This document shows positions 29,415-38,412 of a stretch of 64,000 nucleotides of DNA, one piece after another (positions within the stretch are counted from its first letter, which is position 1; each line of letters begins with the position of its first letter). A program made the translations under genes and the position numbers. Under the pieces are notes generated by a model. That model did no database searches. It saw nothing but the letters and a program-made list of their open reading frames with translations, and had not been told where the DNA came from. The DNA lies in the IMG/VR virus record IMGVR_UViG_3300028591_000200, positions 4,132-68,131 of that record; one strand, written 5' to 3'. This stretch comes from a virus (taxonomy: Duplodnaviria > Caudoviricetes).

Positions 29415-29930
29415 ATGCCTGAAACCGATCACGGAAAGAAAGCAGAGAAGAAGATCAAGGAGTGGTTGAACAGACCACAAGACGGATATAGTTTCGATAG
29501 AATACCCGATCAGATGACCGGGTATTATCGCATTTCAAGGAACATTTGCGATTTTATCTGCTATAAATATCCTAATATGTATTACATTGAATCCAAGTGT
29601 ACGGAGCATGATAGGTTCGATTTTAGCGAATTATCTGATACCCAGCGAAACGGGTTACGGCTTAAATCTGATATTTTAGGTGCATACGGACTTGTTATAG
29701 TATGCTTTGCTTATTATAAACGAGCCTTTGTATTCAATATACGAGATATTGCTGACATAGATCCTGACAAGGACATTGACGCAGATGATAAGACTTTCCT
29801 TACAATTAAATCAGTAAACATTAAAAAGATAGATAAGTGGACTATCCCATATAGGGAAATTCGAACCACACCCAGTAGAAAAGAGTTTTTAGATTACGAG
29901 GGTGAGCTTGAAGAATATATCCCAAAATGA
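29415..29930 (+). CDS. RecU-like Holliday junction resolvase (PD-(D/E)xK)
   Basis: GKKAE...RIPD...CDF...IESK...F....LSDTQ. Confidence 0.75.
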   Translation: MPETDHGKKAEKKIKEWLNRPQDGYSFDRIPDQMTGYYRISRNICDFICYKYPNMYYIESKCTEHDRFDFSELSDTQRNGLRLKSDILGAYGLVIVCFAYYKRAFVFNIRDIADIDPDKDIDADDKTFLTIKSVNIKKIDKWTIPYREIRTTPSRKEFLDYEGELEEYIPK

Positions 29931-29983
29931 GATAACCTTTAATACTATATATGAATAATTATTTTATATAAGGAGATACACCT

Positions 29984-30934
29984 ATGGCTGATTACAATGA
30001 GGAACTTGTAAGCGTTGTCAAGGAAGCATTAAATAGGATTCTTGATGCTGATGGCACTATTGAATACTATGTGGATTATAGAGATAGAGGTTGCTTTAAT
30101 TCTGCTGAAGATATTGAGAAACTTGCTAAATATCTGAAAGAAGCTGGGGGAGATGTAAAGACTGCGGCTACTTGGGCATTTTATGATAACCCTGATGCTT
30201 ATACTGTTTCAGATGATTTAGAGAATTATGTCAGAGAAGAAGTAGAAAAAGCCGTTTCTGATTATGATAGATCTAATGGCACTACTTTATCTGCTGAATT
30301 AGAAGATATAGATAACAATATGGAATTTTGGGATTTCTTGGAATATTGTGGATATAATGGTGTTAATATTCCATGCGAAGAATTTTATCCAAGCGAGATT
30401 TGTTTAGATATTACACTTGCTACTTATGAAGAAGCTAACCACGAGGGTTATATCATTGATTTCTTTGGTGGTTATTATCCTCATACCTCAAATATTGAAG
30501 ATCCTGAAATGCGTGATAATATGCTCGTAGAATTTATGCAATCACAGGGATTAGAACCCGAAGATGTCTTTGATGAAAGTAAGTCAGGCAAGGTATTAGA
30601 TAGTGTTAGAGCAGAAATAAATAATATGTCCTCTAATATTGATTTCCTTACTGTATGTGCTTCGTTTGATTTATCTGATGCTACCCGACTATTAAGTGGT
30701 GATTTTAGTTCCATTACGATCAATCCGGGAACTACAATGGGTATATTTGATTCTTGGAATGGTGGCGGTTCTATCTTTGAGATTGAAGTAGCATCTCCTT
30801 GGACAGTTCCGGCTGATAAGGTTGATGGTGTTAGCTTATCTACCAGCTCAAGAGGTGGTTATTCTGTTGCTGATGTTTACGGTATTAGCCCCGATGATAC
30901 AGGTTGGTACAGAGATACAGTTACAGTTAATTGA
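29984..30934 (+). CDS. Acidic hypothetical protein
   Basis: SD AAGGAG; late motif at 29933. Confidence 0.8.
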   Translation: MADYNEELVSVVKEALNRILDADGTIEYYVDYRDRGCFNSAEDIEKLAKYLKEAGGDVKTAATWAFYDNPDAYTVSDDLENYVREEVEKAVSDYDRSNGTTLSAELEDIDNNMEFWDFLEYCGYNGVNIPCEEFYPSEICLDITLATYEEANHEGYIIDFFGGYYPHTSNIEDPEMRDNMLVEFMQSQGLEPEDVFDESKSGKVLDSVRAEINNMSSNIDFLTVCASFDLSDATRLLSGDFSSITINPGTTMGIFDSWNGGGSIFEIEVASPWTVPADKVDGVSLSTSSRGGYSVADVYGISPDDTGWYRDTVTVN

Positions 30935-30951
30935 TTATAGGAGAGCTAACT

Positions 30952-31455
30952 ATGACATACATTAGTTTAGAAATTAAAACATCTTTATCCAATGCTTTCT
31001 TCTATTATGAAGAAGATACCGATAGATTTGATGAATGGTTTAAGAATAAGTTATCTGACGCTGGTTTATTTAACTGGGTAATGTATGATAATCCACAGGG
31101 TATTCCCGAAGTGTCTACATTAGAGTTATTCGTCAACGATTTTGACTATCAGCATACTCTCGATGTATCTATAAAAGTTGATGACGGTACTCATGATTTT
31201 GACGAACTCTACGATAATACAGCTCTGTTGGATTATATCGAGCGTGATGTTGCTCCGAGGGCTATTCGTGAACTTAACGAGATCTGCAATCAAGTCACCA
31301 TTCCTATGATTGGTGGTACATTTAACGATTTAATGTTTAGTGAAAATAATGAGTTCTATGCACTGATCCACTCCTACGGTAAAGATTACTTCGTTAGCCC
31401 TGATCTCAAAGAAGAACAGTTCTATGCAGAAGATGATTATGAAGTTTATGTATAA
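30952..31455 (+). CDS. Acidic hypothetical protein
   Basis: SD AGGAG at ATG 30952. Confidence 0.75.
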   Translation: MTYISLEIKTSLSNAFFYYEEDTDRFDEWFKNKLSDAGLFNWVMYDNPQGIPEVSTLELFVNDFDYQHTLDVSIKVDDGTHDFDELYDNTALLDYIERDVAPRAIRELNEICNQVTIPMIGGTFNDLMFSENNEFYALIHSYGKDYFVSPDLKEEQFYAEDDYEVYV

Positions 31456-31478
31456 ACTGATACAAGGAGATTAAAACT

Positions 31479-32300
31479 ATGTTTGATGATTATGATGATT
31501 ACAATGATACTTATGATGTACCATATGAAGTAACCCCTTCGGGATCTTCCGAAGTGCTTACAGGTCAGGATATGGTCGATGCCTTGGACTCATTAGAGCC
31601 GGGTACTCCAGTTTTAATTGATGATGGTGTGGGCAGATATATTCAGGTTATCTATATGGGTATAGGAGAAGTACAGTATCAGACTGTATTCCAGTTTTAT
31701 GATGGCAGTGGTATTAGCGGTACTTTCGGATTTTCCGCAAAATTCATTGTGAATAACCCTGATAAGGTATCTATAATTTTAGATGATAATGATCCAGCCA
31801 AAGTCACTAAACTATTAGAGGATGTCAACGCAACAACTTCTGTAAAGAGAAGATTTAGAGTAGATGCAAGCAAAAAGATTAAGGCTGGTAAATCTCCACT
31901 GTCTATACACAAGGCTTTTGACGATCTTGACGATAGATTTGATTTTGAGCTTGATGATGAATTTGAAATCTATGTAGGTAACGAAAGAGTACCCTGCTTT
32001 GTAACAGAATCCTTCGTATTTGGATACGGTTCAGGCGTAACATACACAATAGTAACCCCTGTATTTAGTGATAACCATTGGCAGATGAGTTCTTGGATCC
32101 AGCGTGGGCTTGATGAATACTTTAAGCAGGAGACAGACGGCAGTGACTATACCTATGGCTTGGGTGCCACAGGGGAGGCTAACATTTATGAGCCTGACAT
32201 TCCCGATGCCACAGCATATTATGTAACTGATGTTGATATATACCCTTATCAAAATGTCAATTCGTATGGCGAATATGGGATTGACAACGGATTAGAATAA
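31479..32300 (+). CDS. Acidic two-domain protein with basic VNATTS...VDASKKIKAG linker
   Basis: SD AAGGAG. Confidence 0.8.
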   Translation: MFDDYDDYNDTYDVPYEVTPSGSSEVLTGQDMVDALDSLEPGTPVLIDDGVGRYIQVIYMGIGEVQYQTVFQFYDGSGISGTFGFSAKFIVNNPDKVSIILDDNDPAKVTKLLEDVNATTSVKRRFRVDASKKIKAGKSPLSIHKAFDDLDDRFDFELDDEFEIYVGNERVPCFVTESFVFGYGSGVTYTIVTPVFSDNHWQMSSWIQRGLDEYFKQETDGSDYTYGLGATGEANIYEPDIPDATAYYVTDVDIYPYQNVNSYGEYGIDNGLE

Positions 32301-32335
32301 TTCATTTCACAATATTATTTTGGAGGCACAGAAAA

Positions 32336-33253
32336 ATGAAGATATTAAAGCGTTATTCATCTATCAGAGCAAATAAGATTGTTTCTAACCGTAGATCAAT
32401 AAGACCTCGTAGAATTTATTCTGCTGATGAAACTGATGTCGATGAGACTGATGTTGAAGAAGATGAGACCGAAGATACTGGATCTGCTGATGATAAGGAA
32501 GTCTCTCCCAAGGTGGAAGAAGCCTTTAATGACTTGATAGATGAACTTCAAGATACCGCCTTTGAGGATTTAGGTGACGCATTAGATGATATTGTTAATG
32601 ATCCGAAGTTATATGCTCTGCTGGCAGAGGGGTTCGGTGACGGTGCATTAGCAAATGTAAAAATGTCATCTTCCCCCGAAGCTATTCCGGTATTAAAACT
32701 AATTCCCTGTCAGTCTGAAATCGGATTGGATAACTCATTGTCATATCCGTTAAAGCAAGATTGCACAAATCTTTTTGAAGATACTGTTCAGATCGTTGCT
32801 CCGATAGTTACTTACGAAGGTCTGTTTGTTATTGATGGACACCACAGATGGAGCCAGCTTTACATGATGAACCCCGAAGCCAAGATCTCTGCTATCAATT
32901 TTGAATACACTAATGATTCTCCTTGGGTAGCTTTGAGAAATTTCCAAGGTGCAATCGCCGTTGCTAATAAGGATGTTCCGAAGTCTTATAGCAAGGTCAA
33001 TAATGTCTTTGAAATGTCAGAAGATGAGATTGCTGATTATGTGGATAAAAACATCTCCGATGCTTGCTGGAAGAGTTTAGTTAAGGTTGGCGTTTGTGAT
33101 GACAGAGATTCTGCTATTGAGTACATCACAAATAATGCTTTAAGGTTAAAGAAAAGCAACTATCCGTTCCCCGGCGCACCTGACCGTGAGTTTATGCCAC
33201 AGACCGATAAGAAGTCTATTGAGGTTGCAAAAGAAGGTCAGACAAATATTTAA
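32336..33253 (+). CDS. ParB/Srx-like domain protein with basic leader and acidic linker
   Basis: PIV...VIDGHHRW; N-terminus KRYSSIRA...RRIYSA. Confidence 0.65.
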   Translation: MKILKRYSSIRANKIVSNRRSIRPRRIYSADETDVDETDVEEDETEDTGSADDKEVSPKVEEAFNDLIDELQDTAFEDLGDALDDIVNDPKLYALLAEGFGDGALANVKMSSSPEAIPVLKLIPCQSEIGLDNSLSYPLKQDCTNLFEDTVQIVAPIVTYEGLFVIDGHHRWSQLYMMNPEAKISAINFEYTNDSPWVALRNFQGAIAVANKDVPKSYSKVNNVFEMSEDEIADYVDKNISDACWKSLVKVGVCDDRDSAIEYITNNALRLKKSNYPFPGAPDREFMPQTDKKSIEVAKEGQTNI

Positions 33254-33258
33254 TCCCT

Positions 33259-33627
33259 ATGAAAAGATATATCCGTTCTTACAATTTAGATGACATTCCT
33301 GAAGAAAATAAGCATGGCGATTGTTTTGTGTCTGCTTTGCATAATCAGGTAAATCATTTGAGAGAAGGCTATATTTTAGTTCATGGCATTGTTACTGGTC
33401 AGGGAGTAATCGAGGGTATTCAATATTGCCACGCTTGGTGCGAAAAGGGTGATATGGTATATGACTTGACACTCCCTTCAAAGTATCAGAAGATGCCTAA
33501 AATTCAGTATTATGCCATTGGTAATATTGAGATAACTAAAAGATACAAACCTGAACAGACATATCATATGATAGAGAAGTATGGGACTTATGGTCCTTGG
33601 GACAAGGTGTTTGAGGGCTACCCATAA
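33259..33627 (+). CDS. Papain/transglutaminase-fold Cys protease or deamidase with MKRYIRS leader
   Basis: GDC...HAWCE...YD triad. Confidence 0.6.
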   Translation: MKRYIRSYNLDDIPEENKHGDCFVSALHNQVNHLREGYILVHGIVTGQGVIEGIQYCHAWCEKGDMVYDLTLPSKYQKMPKIQYYAIGNIEITKRYKPEQTYHMIEKYGTYGPWDKVFEGYP

Positions 33628-33662
33628 TCCATAACCTTATATAAAGTCAGAGGTAATATATA

Positions 33663-34010
33663 ATGATTACATATAAAAACATTTCTTATTCTGCAAAAAC
33701 CTTTTACGGAGTGAAATTCAATCCCGGAGAGACTAAATCGGTTCCGGGTTACATCAATCATAGGAGTATGGTGAGGATATTTGGAGCGCCCAATTTAGGT
33801 ACTCCTGATGTATCTGATAAGAAGGTGCAGGAAACCCAACCAACATCTGAATCCGAACCTATATCTTTATTTGAAGAACCTAAACCGAGCAAAGTCGAAA
33901 CACGAGGGAGAAAGAAGAAGTCAACTGATCCCGAAAAGGAATCACTTGCAGAAACAGAGACTAAAATAGAACTTTCCAAGGAGGAAACTACTGATGGCAA
34001 TTACTGTTAA
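33663..34010 (+). CDS. Hypothetical protein upstream of sheath
   Basis: Late motif at 33632; overlaps the sheath start. Confidence 0.7.
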   Translation: MITYKNISYSAKTFYGVKFNPGETKSVPGYINHRSMVRIFGAPNLGTPDVSDKKVQETQPTSESEPISLFEEPKPSKVETRGRKKKSTDPEKESLAETETKIELSKEETTDGNYC

Positions 34011-36066
34011 TGTCATTTCCGAGAATAATGCTTTTGCGGTTGAAAATGCGAATTACTGTACTGTCGCACTTCCGATCACCGCTTGCTGGGGACCGGGATT
34101 TACACTTCCTACATCGGAGATGAGCGATTCTTCGGGTTCATCTGCTGATCCTATTGAAACCGCACTTGAAAATACCGCATGGGGTTTATTCCCTGCTGGT
34201 CCTGATGGACTTGAAGCCTTTATCGCTACATATAGAGGGCCATCAGCTAACTATCGTTCTACAAAAGATTATTCCTATTTTATGGCTTTATCTCTTTTGA
34301 ACGCTGGCTATGCAGTTCAGACTTGTAGATTATGCCCCGGTACCCCTGCTTCCATAACTCTCCCTGTTTCTTACACTGAAGAGTTCAAGGGTGATGGTGC
34401 GAAAAAAGAGTTCGCTTTGGCACAGCCTTGTGATGATGTAGTTTCTGTAAAGGTTGATGGTCAGACTCAAACTACAACCGCTTATACCATTACAGATGAC
34501 AACAAGTTGAAGTTTGATCCTGCACCTGCCGCTAACAAGGTGATTGAAATTGTTTACACATCAGGTGGTCTTGCCATAACCGCAAAATACCCCGGAACTT
34601 TTGGTAACAATTTAAGAGTTCAGCTTAAAAAGAAGGAATCAGCAGGATCTCTCTACTGGAATTTAATCGGTTACGCCGTAGATTCTACTGGTGCTACAAG
34701 AGCCGTTGAGAACCTGATTTTCGTATTTGAGGTTGAACACTCAACAGACACAATCGTAACTATTGATGAATTACAGTCAAAGTTCTTTGATTTTAGAGTC
34801 ATTAGAACAATTACTGACAGTTCTGCAATCGGGGGCAATTCATTAGTTGCTCTTATGGGTGGTTCAGATGTAGAGGACGCTACAGGTCAGACCGCTGGAC
34901 AGATTATGGCGGAAGCCGTTGCTCTTGCAAGATTAAGATACAATGTAGGTAGCGATTACCTTACTGTTCTTACCAACCTTGCACAACTCGCAGAAAGAGG
35001 AAAGGTCAGCAAGACTACTGCTGAAAATATCCGTTTCAACGAGTGGATTTATTCTCGTACTACTGGTGTTAAGGCTCAACTGGATCCATATGTAGGTACA
35101 AGAGATGGCGTTCTTGATCTCCTTAAAGACAGAATTAACTACAACCCTAACAGAATTATCTCACCTTGGGATGACCAAGATATTTCTGCTCTTGATCCTG
35201 ATCGTCAGATCCAAAATATGCTCCCTTCTCCTATGGCACTTGAACTTATGGAAGTTGCCGCAGATAGTAGATGTGCAACCGCATATATTGATGTTCCGAA
35301 GTCTTTACCTCGTAGCAGAGTTTGGGATGATACAGAGGGCAACTTTGGTTATGCTCAACAGTTATCCAGCCCCGAAGCATCTCCAGCAATTCTGACTGAT
35401 CCGCTTTATCCTTCAAATTCTGCATTATTCGCACCTTGGGGACAATATACTTATGCTGGTACATCAAGACAGGCTCCTGCTACACCTTCATTTATGGCAC
35501 TTCTTATTGAGAGAGCCATGATTAAGAACCAGTCTGCACAGTATGAGTGGGCATTACCTACTACGAGAAACAATAATGTTAAGTTAGGACAGCTCGCTTA
35601 CACCGTACCGAAGGCACTTCTTGATAACTGGCAAGCACCTGACGGAACGAGAGTTAATACGATTACCACTGTTCCTTCCCTCGGAACAACAATTTGGGGT
35701 AACGCTACATTATTTGATGTTCCGGTTGCTACATATCAGGCACTTATGAACCTCTCTACAAGAAAGCTCATCAATGCCGTTAAGGACACAGTATTCAGGA
35801 TCGGTATTGGTATGGAGTTCCAGTATAACGGTCAGGAAGCATACGCAAAGTTCTTTGCTGGTGTAACACCTCTCCTTGATACAATGAGGAATGTAGGTGC
35901 TATTGAGGATTACAAGGTTAAGATGTCGGCAGATATTAACAACATTGATTCGATCAACGCTAACTCCGTAGTTGGTACAATCTATCTCGTAATCGTAGGC
36001 GTTATCGAAAATATCACGGTTGACCTTATCGCATTACCACAGGGTACTGATCTCAATCAGTATTAA
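33994..36066 (+). CDS. Tail sheath protein
   Basis: WGP near the N-terminus, AKYPG.FGNNL.V, C-terminal N.I...G..IWGN.TL...L..RKL. Confidence 0.9.
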   Translation: MAITVNVISENNAFAVENANYCTVALPITACWGPGFTLPTSEMSDSSGSSADPIETALENTAWGLFPAGPDGLEAFIATYRGPSANYRSTKDYSYFMALSLLNAGYAVQTCRLCPGTPASITLPVSYTEEFKGDGAKKEFALAQPCDDVVSVKVDGQTQTTTAYTITDDNKLKFDPAPAANKVIEIVYTSGGLAITAKYPGTFGNNLRVQLKKKESAGSLYWNLIGYAVDSTGATRAVENLIFVFEVEHSTDTIVTIDELQSKFFDFRVIRTITDSSAIGGNSLVALMGGSDVEDATGQTAGQIMAEAVALARLRYNVGSDYLTVLTNLAQLAERGKVSKTTAENIRFNEWIYSRTTGVKAQLDPYVGTRDGVLDLLKDRINYNPNRIISPWDDQDISALDPDRQIQNMLPSPMALELMEVAADSRCATAYIDVPKSLPRSRVWDDTEGNFGYAQQLSSPEASPAILTDPLYPSNSALFAPWGQYTYAGTSRQAPATPSFMALLIERAMIKNQSAQYEWALPTTRNNNVKLGQLAYTVPKALLDNWQAPDGTRVNTITTVPSLGTTIWGNATLFDVPVATYQALMNLSTRKLINAVKDTVFRIGIGMEFQYNGQEAYAKFFAGVTPLLDTMRNVGAIEDYKVKMSADINNIDSINANSVVGTIYLVIVGVIENITVDLIALPQGTDLNQY

Positions 36067-36107
36067 TCATTCAGTCCTCTTTGACTTGGTGGAAAATAAC
36101 TGGGAAT

Positions 36108-36138
36108 AGGGTGGCAGAAATGCCACCTTGTTTCTTTC
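36108..36138 (+). terminator. Rho-independent terminator after sheath
   Basis: GGTGGCA-GAAA-TGCCACC plus T tract. Confidence 0.8.
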
Positions 36139-36179
36139 TGTAATCGTTATAATAGATATATAGTGTATTCGAGGTGAGT

Positions 36180-36533
36180 ATGAAAATTACAGACAGAGAA
36201 GCATTACAGTTATTAAAGCGAGCTAATTCCGAAACGCTTTGGGAGTATGTTGATGCCTATCCTGAAGATGAATTGGACAATCAATCGGAATTAGACTTGG
36301 TTATGGATGAATTAGAGTACCTTATTTTTATGTACGAAGATGAGGGTACTATTCATTATGATAATTTACAGTATTCCAAGACGGTACTGAAAGAAACCCA
36401 TAATGGGAAAACTATGCCAGTTACATTACCTGATTTTGAGTTTAAGTACACCAAACAAGAGGTACAGGATGCAAAAGATACTGTAAACGAGTACAAACGA
36501 CTGAAAAGATTATTTAAGGAGTATTATGGATAA
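36180..36533 (+). CDS. Hypothetical protein
   Basis: SD GAGGT at ATG 36180. Confidence 0.7.
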   Translation: MKITDREALQLLKRANSETLWEYVDAYPEDELDNQSELDLVMDELEYLIFMYEDEGTIHYDNLQYSKTVLKETHNGKTMPVTLPDFEFKYTKQEVQDAKDTVNEYKRLKRLFKEYYG

Positions 36534-36861
36534 TAACCCACTTTTTGATATTGCAGAGAAAGTAAAGCAACAAAGATTAGACGAGAACATAACATCTATT
36601 AAGAAGGATATTGAATCTATTATGGCAAATAACAGGCAGGTAAAGTTAATTGAATTACGAGTATTCCAAGATGTCGGAAGTACACGAACAGTAAAGGAGA
36701 TATTCATTAACCCCGATTATATTACTTTTATTGCAGAAGATGGATCTAATGCGTATGTGCATCTTACCAGCGGCACCTCACTTCATACTGTGGAAAGCCA
36801 TAAAGATATACTCAACCTCATTGAAGCCAGCAACACCTCGGATAAATCATACATTGGATAA
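36526..36861 (+). CDS. FlbD-like small beta protein
   Basis: IFINPDYI..I.E.....V.L.SG..L..VES..DI. Confidence 0.5.
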   Translation: MDNNPLFDIAEKVKQQRLDENITSIKKDIESIMANNRQVKLIELRVFQDVGSTRTVKEIFINPDYITFIAEDGSNAYVHLTSGTSLHTVESHKDILNLIEASNTSDKSYIG

Positions 36862-36875
36862 CCTTTAATAAGATT

Positions 36876-37190
36876 ATGGATGAATATGATTATAAAGGTT
36901 ATATAATTACAGAAGTACCTGAAGGGGACTATGTTGTTAATGGAATTAAATTTCCTTCATATGACGAAGCTTGTGATTGGATAGATGAGGTATTACATTA
37001 TCCGCCTTTTACTACAAATCCTAACCCAGTTCCGGAGCTTCATACATATCATATCTCCTATGTAACGAAAAGTTATGATCGTGGCTATGACGAATATATT
37101 ATGGCGTACACCCCGGAAGCCGCTGAAAAGTACCTTCGCAGGTTGCACCGTGACATAGCCTATATATCTGATTTTTACGAGGTTGATTAA
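36876..37190 (+). CDS. Hypothetical two-module protein (possibly leaderless mRNA)
   Basis: ATG 16 nt after the start of the AACCTT motif; no SD. Confidence 0.7.
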   Translation: MDEYDYKGYIITEVPEGDYVVNGIKFPSYDEACDWIDEVLHYPPFTTNPNPVPELHTYHISYVTKSYDRGYDEYIMAYTPEAAEKYLRRLHRDIAYISDFYEVD

Positions 37191-37192
37191 CT

Positions 37193-37603
37193 ATGAAGCG
37201 ATATGTTAAATCAGAAACCGAGGGCAGATATACAAAAATACAAAATGATGTTGTAGATAGATACAATATTATTCTTGATGAGTTTTCTACATGTAGGCGC
37301 AGAACCCATGCTCATATAAAAGAACGGAGAGTGTGCAAATGGCACCCAAAAAATTCTATTGACAGTACATTTGAACTTTTGCATGAAATCGGGCATATCG
37401 AAACTACCAAAAGTAATATGCGTAGATGTGAAGCAGAATACTATGCAACTCAATGGGCGATTGACACAGCAAAGGAATACGGTTTAACAATTCCTGATAA
37501 ACTGATTAAATTTTATCAAGATTATATAGATCGAGAGCTTAACCGAGGTGTGCGTAGGCATGGATCTGATTATGATACAGAGGGGTTAAAATTGAAGCCA
37601 TGA
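37193..37603 (+). CDS. HExxH zinc metallopeptidase (IrrE/ImmA-like) with MKRYVKS leader
   Basis: LLHEIGH...EAEYYA..WA. Confidence 0.7.
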   Translation: MKRYVKSETEGRYTKIQNDVVDRYNIILDEFSTCRRRTHAHIKERRVCKWHPKNSIDSTFELLHEIGHIETTKSNMRRCEAEYYATQWAIDTAKEYGLTIPDKLIKFYQDYIDRELNRGVRRHGSDYDTEGLKLKP

Positions 37604-37851
37604 AAAGATATATTAAAGCAAATTCTGAAAAACCTGTTTTAGATAACATAGATGTAGAGTGGTCTGATCTTGATGATGGTATTCAATTTACCATATATGA
37701 CGGTTCAGGTGAGGTTCTGCTGGAAGAACTGTTTAGTTACGAAGATGTGGATCCTGATTCCGTTTACGATTCGGCTTTTGAGATGGCGAGAGTAGCATTA
37801 TCCCAAAAGTACACTCTTTCTGATGATGTGCTGGCTAAATTAGAAACATAA
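37600..37851 (+). CDS. Small acidic protein with MKRYIKAN leader
   Basis: ATGA overlap. Confidence 0.75.
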   Translation: MKRYIKANSEKPVLDNIDVEWSDLDDGIQFTIYDGSGEVLLEELFSYEDVDPDSVYDSAFEMARVALSQKYTLSDDVLAKLET

Positions 37852-37874
37852 TACTAACTACAACTTATATCGTT

Positions 37875-37906
37875 AGGCGTGTTCTTCCGGAACACGCTTT
37901 TATTTT
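37875..37906 (+). terminator. Rho-independent terminator
   Basis: AGGCGTGTTC / GAACACGCTT plus TTTATTTT. Confidence 0.8.
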
Positions 37907-37966
37907 GTAATCGTTAATATAAATATAGTTTGTTTATTATATTATTCACTGGTAGGGTAGGCGATT

Positions 37967-38317
37967 ATGGATTCAATAGTATTTAAAGACCGTTTAAAAC
38001 TTGCTATGACAGAGGCTTGTATAAACGGAGCAGAGTTGGCAGAAGCCTGTGGAACTTCTAAAAGTAGTATATGTCGGTATCTTAAAGGTGAGAGGATCCC
38101 CAAACCCACCACTATTACAAAAATGGCTAATGTTTTGCAGGTATCTGTATTTTGGCTACTTGGTGATGATGATGCCACACCAGTAAGATCAAAAGTAAAA
38201 ATACCTAAATATAATCCAATAGATTATAGCAAGCTGACACACGCTAATAGACTTCGACTTCAAGGGTACTATCAGGCATTACTTGATATACAAGCCAAAA
38301 ATTCCGAAATTATTTAA
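37967..38317 (+). CDS. XRE-family HTH transcription regulator
   Basis: ELAEACGTSKSSICRYLKGERIPK...MANVLQVS..WLLG. Confidence 0.85.
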   Translation: MDSIVFKDRLKLAMTEACINGAELAEACGTSKSSICRYLKGERIPKPTTITKMANVLQVSVFWLLGDDDATPVRSKVKIPKYNPIDYSKLTHANRLRLQGYYQALLDIQAKNSEII

Positions 38318-38336
38318 GAATTTAGTGGAATACATA

Positions 38337-38364
38337 TTGTTTTATTCGATATTATTGTTATAAT
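38337..38364 (+). promoter_or_regulatory. Sigma-A-type promoter for the helicase
   Basis: TTGTTT-16-TATAAT. Confidence 0.6.
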
Positions 38365-38412
38365 TAAAATATAAATATCAAATTATATCAATAGACCAAG
38401 AGGTTGTTAATT

